Source of the DNA: an uncultured Acidimicrobiales bacterium
GTDB lineage: Bacteria > Actinomycetota > Acidimicrobiia > Acidimicrobiales > UBA10347
Direction of reading: 5' to 3'
Length of the DNA: 64,000 nucleotides
Assembly: GCA_943788915.1 (NCBI GenBank)
Contig: CALSSD010000005.1
Span: forward strand, 558,001-622,000
The notes under the pieces: generated by a model
Told to the model about the DNA's origin: nothing
The model's input: the letters and a program-made list of their open reading frames with translations, nothing else
Databases searched by the model: none
Shown: piece after piece, positions 59,835-64,000 of the stretch
Layout of the letters: the number at the start of each line of letters is the position of its first letter
How positions within the stretch are numbered: position 1 is the stretch's first letter
Made by a program: the position numbers and the translations under genes

Positions 59835-59909
59835 CCACCACAGCCCTGCTCGGGATGCCGATGAACCTCTTGGTATCCGTATCGGTGTGAAATTTGGCAG
59901 AGTGGATGT

Positions 59910-60368
59910 ATGACTGCTGCAGATCCAATCCATCTGACCCTTGAGCGCTTCCACGCCAATCTGCGAGGCGAACTCGAAGGCGGGTATGACGCGCTGCTTC
60001 ATCCTGATGTCGTCTTCTATTCACCCGTGGTCTTCACGCCTCAACAGGGCCGGGAGATCACCAAGCTGTACTTGAGCGCAGCTGGCAGCACACTTCCTGG
60101 CGACGCACCGGCCAGTGGCGAATCGAGCACCGGCGACGCACCGGCTACGTCGTTCACGTATACGAAGACGATCGCAAGCGGCCACCAGGCCATGCTCGAG
60201 TTCGAGACGATGATGGACGGCAAATACGTCAACGGCGTCGACATATTGACGTGCGACGATGGCTCACTCGTGACTGAGTTCAAGGTCATGATGCGGCCGC
60301 TACAGGCGGTGAACATCGTGCATGAACAGATGAAAGCCATGCTTGAAAAAATGACGGCAGGCAGCTGA
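59910..60368 (+). CDS. SnoaL/NTF2-like protein
   Basis: LLHPDVVFYSPV, LEFET, VNGVD, EFKVMMRPL. Confidence 0.85.
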   Translation: MTAADPIHLTLERFHANLRGELEGGYDALLHPDVVFYSPVVFTPQQGREITKLYLSAAGSTLPGDAPASGESSTGDAPATSFTYTKTIASGHQAMLEFETMMDGKYVNGVDILTCDDGSLVTEFKVMMRPLQAVNIVHEQMKAMLEKMTAGS

Positions 60369-60370
60369 CT

Positions 60371-62137
60371 ATGGCCAGCAGCCGCGATGTCATTGCCATG
60401 CTCAGCGAGCTGATCTCGCTCACCACGCTCGACGAGGAAAGTGCACAGTCATTCAAGGTCCGGGCGTACGACAACGCCCGTCTTGCTGTCGAGTCCTATA
60501 CAGGCAACATCACCGAACTCTCCGAAAAGGAGATGGTTGAACTCAAAGGGCTCGGCAAGGCCACCGCGGCGAAGATCCGCGAGTTGGTCGATAACGGCAA
60601 GGTCACCAAACTCGAAGAACTGCGTGCCGAATACCCACCAGCGTTCGCGGAGATGGCCCGCATCCCCGGTGTGGGACCCAAAACGCTCAAGGCCATGCGC
60701 CGCGAGCTCAACATCAACACTGTCGAGCAACTCAAGGCAGCGCTCGACGCTCAGCAGATTCGCACGCTTCCTCGCATGGGAGCCAAGAGCGAAGAAAAGA
60801 TCGCCAAGGCGCTCGACCGCATTGGCATGAGCGGCAAGGATCGGCGCACACCTATTGCCGATGCCATGCCGTTGGCCGAGCGGCTCGTCGAGGCGTTCCT
60901 GGAGCTGCCGACAGTCACCGATGCGGCCTTCTGCGGAAGCCTGCGTCGGATGTCCGAGACGATTGGTGACATCGATATCACGGTGGCCTCGACCGACCCC
61001 GTGTCGGTTATGGAGGCTGTCCGTGAGCGCAACGAGGTCGTCGAAATCGTCGTTAGCGGCGACACCAAGACATCGTTCCTTACCAGCACTGGCCTACAGG
61101 TCGACGTGCGAGCGGTCCTCCCCGAACATTTCGGTGCTGCCACCTTGTACTTCACCGGTTCAAAACAGCACAACATTGCGCTCCGCATGCGGGCGATCAA
61201 GAAGGGCTGGCTGCTCAACGAATACGGCCTGCTGGTCAAGCCCGACGAAGATGCCGAGGACCAGACACCAACCGAGGTTGTTGCCGCCGAGACCGAAGAG
61301 AGCATCTACCAAGCCCTCGGACTGGCGTTCATCCCTGCGCCGATGCGCGAGTCGACCGGCGAGATCGAAGCCGCCGAAGCTGGTGACTTCAGCGATCTGG
61401 TTCGTCTGAGCGACATCCAGGGTGATCTGCACTATCACACCGCACAATCCGGCGATGGACGTTCGTCGGTCGCCGACATGGTCCAGGTTGCTGCCGATGC
61501 TGGCCACGCCTACCTGGCCATCACCGACCATGGCGAAGACCTGGCGATCAATGGCTCGAACGCCGAAGAGATGTTGGCCCACCGCGAGCTGATCTACACG
61601 ATCCAAGACGATCACCCCGACATGAAGCTGCTGTGGGGTTGCGAGCTCAACATCGGCGCTGCCGGCGGGCTCGACTACGAAGATGACTTTCGTGCCATGT
61701 TCGATTACACCGTCGCCTCGGTGCACTCGCACTATGACCAGTCCACTCTCAAGCAGACCGAGCGGCTCGTAGCGGCAATCGCCGACCCAACCGTCGACTC
61801 GATCGGGCACCTCACCGGCCGCAAGATCGGTCATCGACCAGGCATCGAACTCGAGATGGACATCGTGCTCGAAGCACTGATCCACTTCGATGTCGCGCTC
61901 GAGATCAATGGTTCACTCAACCGGCTCGACGCTGCCGCCGATGTGGTCCGACGTGCCGTCGACCGGGGCGTCAAATTGGTGATCAACACCGACAGCCATC
62001 ACACCAGCGAGTTGGGTCGGATGGAGTACGGCGTGCTTACCGCCCAACGAGGCTGGGCCCCCAAGGACCAGGTCATCAACACCTGGGACCAGGATCGGTT
62101 CCTGGCTTGGGTCGCCAGCCATCGAACAGCTGACTGA
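60371..62137 (+). CDS. polX: DNA polymerase/3'-5' exonuclease PolX
   Basis: FKVRAY, GLGK, GVGPK, GSLRR..GDIDI, QVDVR, YFTGSK, LNEYG; PHP motifs DLHYHT, TDH, NTDSHH. Confidence 0.93.
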   Translation: MASSRDVIAMLSELISLTTLDEESAQSFKVRAYDNARLAVESYTGNITELSEKEMVELKGLGKATAAKIRELVDNGKVTKLEELRAEYPPAFAEMARIPGVGPKTLKAMRRELNINTVEQLKAALDAQQIRTLPRMGAKSEEKIAKALDRIGMSGKDRRTPIADAMPLAERLVEAFLELPTVTDAAFCGSLRRMSETIGDIDITVASTDPVSVMEAVRERNEVVEIVVSGDTKTSFLTSTGLQVDVRAVLPEHFGAATLYFTGSKQHNIALRMRAIKKGWLLNEYGLLVKPDEDAEDQTPTEVVAAETEESIYQALGLAFIPAPMRESTGEIEAAEAGDFSDLVRLSDIQGDLHYHTAQSGDGRSSVADMVQVAADAGHAYLAITDHGEDLAINGSNAEEMLAHRELIYTIQDDHPDMKLLWGCELNIGAAGGLDYEDDFRAMFDYTVASVHSHYDQSTLKQTERLVAAIADPTVDSIGHLTGRKIGHRPGIELEMDIVLEALIHFDVALEINGSLNRLDAAADVVRRAVDRGVKLVINTDSHHTSELGRMEYGVLTAQRGWAPKDQVINTWDQDRFLAWVASHRTAD

Positions 62138-62167
62138 AATGTTACGTCCCCTGGGGACGTAACATTT
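62137..62167. terminator. Perfect 15-bp inverted repeat between convergent genes
   Basis: AAATGTTACGTCCCC-T-GGGGACGTAACATTT. Confidence 0.75.
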
Positions 62168-62202
62168 GGCCTGATGTCAGATCCGCTACGACGCAGCCGT
62201 CG

Positions 62203-63282
62203 CTATGGAGATGTAACCTCGGCGAGTGTTGCGAGGAAACGGTCGTTTTCTTCGGGGGTGCCGATGGTGACGCGAATGCCTTCGCCTGCGAACGGTCGAG
62301 TGACAACACCGCGCTTTTCGATTTCGACGTAGACATCCTGCGTTCGCTCACCCAGCGGTAGGTACACGAAGTTGGCCTGAGCATCGGGCAACTGCCATCC
62401 AGCCGCGGTCAGGGCCGCTACGACGCGGCCTCGTTCCTCGCGCAACCCAGCCAGAAATGGCTCATACTCGTCGAGCGCCGCCAGCGCCGCGAGCGCAGCC
62501 GCTTGAGCGATGCCATTCACAGCGAATGGGACGAGCACCTTGTTGACCTCGTCGACGATGGCGGGTGCGGCCACGAGATACCCCACGCGCACCCCGGCCA
62601 GCCCATAGGCCTTCGAGAAGGTGCGACTGACAACCACGTTTTGGTGATCGGCCAACAACGAAACCGGGTTGCCAAAACTTGGATCCAAGAATTCGCGGTA
62701 AGCCTCGTCGACGAGCACGATTACATGATCGGGTACCTTCGCCAACATCGCACGCAACGCATCGACGCTGAGCGCAGTGCCGGTCGGATTATTTGGCGTG
62801 GCCAGCATGATGATCTTTGTTCGCTCATCGACCGCTGCCGCCACTGCGTCGAGGTCGAAGGCATGGTCCACCAGCGGAACCTGACGAGACTCTGCGCCCA
62901 TCATCTGCACGTTGACCGGATAGGCCTCGAACGAGCGCCACGGGTAGACGACATTGTCGCCCGGGTCGAGATATGCCAGGCACAGTTGCTGGAGCAGCCC
63001 AACGGACCCGCAACCAACGGCCACATGATCAAGGTCCGTGCCGACCATGGCCCCAATAGCGGTGCGTAGTTCGATGGCCAGATGGTCGCAATAACGGTTT
63101 ACTCCGGCCGCGGCTTCGGTCATCGCGGCAATGACCGATGGCACCGGCGGATACGGATTCTCGTTCGATGCCAACTTGATGGCGTTCTCGATGCCGTGTT
63201 CTTCCTCGGCCTGTTCCGCAGCCTTGCCAGGACGGTACGCGGGCATGGCCTGCACTGCTGGCCGGACGCCTCCGATACTCAT
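62203..63282 (-). CDS. Histidinol-phosphate/aromatic aminotransferase (HisC/Pat family)
   Basis: IKLASNENP, PNNPTG, DEAY, RTFSKAYGLAGVRVGY. Confidence 0.9.
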   Translation of the reverse strand: MSIGGVRPAVQAMPAYRPGKAAEQAEEEHGIENAIKLASNENPYPPVPSVIAAMTEAAAGVNRYCDHLAIELRTAIGAMVGTDLDHVAVGCGSVGLLQQLCLAYLDPGDNVVYPWRSFEAYPVNVQMMGAESRQVPLVDHAFDLDAVAAAVDERTKIIMLATPNNPTGTALSVDALRAMLAKVPDHVIVLVDEAYREFLDPSFGNPVSLLADHQNVVVSRTFSKAYGLAGVRVGYLVAAPAIVDEVNKVLVPFAVNGIAQAAALAALAALDEYEPFLAGLREERGRVVAALTAAGWQLPDAQANFVYLPLGERTQDVYVEIEKRGVVTRPFAGEGIRVTIGTPEENDRFLATLAEVTSP

Positions 63283-63423
63283 GAACGTGCTCCTGTCTGC
63301 GCGGCCGACTGGCCTCGATCGTCTCCGCGAACCTAGCCGAGGACGTGCCCGAATGAACAGGTGCCCTTGAGGTCATGCGGAGGATGGGCAGCCAGTGTCT
63401 CGCAGGCAGACGTGTTGGCTTCG

Positions 63424-63924
63424 TTAGTTAGCTGGGGGGCGGTAGAAGATCGCGAGTTGGGCGATGCCAGCGGCGATACCGCCGCCTGCGGCTAGGACCA
63501 GGCCGGCCCAGCCGTCGAGGTCACGATCAATACCGATCGCGTTGTCGAGCGACCATTCGCCCGGGCCGAGCATGGCGATGCCGATGGCGGCGACTGCCAA
63601 GATGAAGGTGTACTCCCAGCCCCCGCTCACGATGAAGAAACCTTCAGCTCGGTGCACGGTGTAACCAGCAACCAGCATGACCCCCACAAAACCCATGGCC
63701 GAGAAGGTTGTCAGGAGGCCGACGGCCAATCCGACGCCAGCCAAGATCTCGGTGCCGGCTGCCAAACGAGCATGCACTGCTCCTGGTTTCATGCCGATGG
63801 AGTCAAACCAACGGGCGGTTCCATCTAACTTGCCGCCTTTAAATACCTTGGCATAACCGTGAGCGGCCATCGTCAGGCCAAAGGCCACCCGCAAGAGCAA
63901 CATTGCTGCGTTGTACTGGTCCAT
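63424..63924 (-). CDS. DoxX family membrane protein
   Basis: LLLRVAFG..MAAHG..K, GLLT, GWEY, GPGEWSLD. Confidence 0.9.
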   Translation of the reverse strand: MDQYNAAMLLLRVAFGLTMAAHGYAKVFKGGKLDGTARWFDSIGMKPGAVHARLAAGTEILAGVGLAVGLLTTFSAMGFVGVMLVAGYTVHRAEGFFIVSGGWEYTFILAVAAIGIAMLGPGEWSLDNAIGIDRDLDGWAGLVLAAGGGIAAGIAQLAIFYRPPAN

Positions 63925-64000
63925 GCCTGGACCTTAGGACTTCGAACACCTACCGCCCCGTATTGGCTACGTAGCCGTAACCTAAGACCCGTGGGAACGG

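Noticed and set aside
62203..63282. CobD threonine-phosphate decarboxylase, given proximity to cob genes
   Set aside because: Opposite strand and separated by polX; motifs (KLASNENP, RPFAGEGIRVTIG) fit HisC/Pat aminotransferases

Overview
GC-rich (roughly 60-65% by eye) chromosomal segment, most likely from an actinobacterium. Acidimicrobiia is inferred from the Rv1747-like FHA-ABC exporter, the HelZ-like SNF2/SWIM pair, the AccA2/AccD2-like carboxylase and lipoproteins with long acidic linkers. It holds about 50 mostly metabolic or transport genes: a probable amide-catabolism cluster (two head-to-head YtcJ/NfdA-type amidohydrolases, RraA-like aldolase, ICL/PEPM enzyme, COG0523 GTPase, peptide-type ABC importer), thiolases, an acyl-CoA carboxylase, SNF2-SWIM, an iodotyrosine-deiodinase-like flavoprotein, ino1 with a divergent LysR, xseAB, a cobalamin-riboswitch-led btuFCD-cobO-cobU salvage operon, and PolX. 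There are two tRNAs, Ser(CGA) and Ala(TGC). I found no CRISPR array, integrase or transposase. The most notable structure is two decayed direct copies of the tRNA-Ala 3' end plus its terminator. They delimit small integrase-less cassettes carrying an amidase and cspA. Other points of interest: a macrodomain/PARG-like orphan, a helical-hairpin + PI-PLC-like protein, a degenerate Glu/Leu dehydrogenase homolog, a non-actinobacterial-type Ino1 and several internally deleted gene remnants. Four otherwise intact genes carry single-base frameshifts that look like sequencing or assembly indels. All family assignments come from motif recognition by eye, not database searches.
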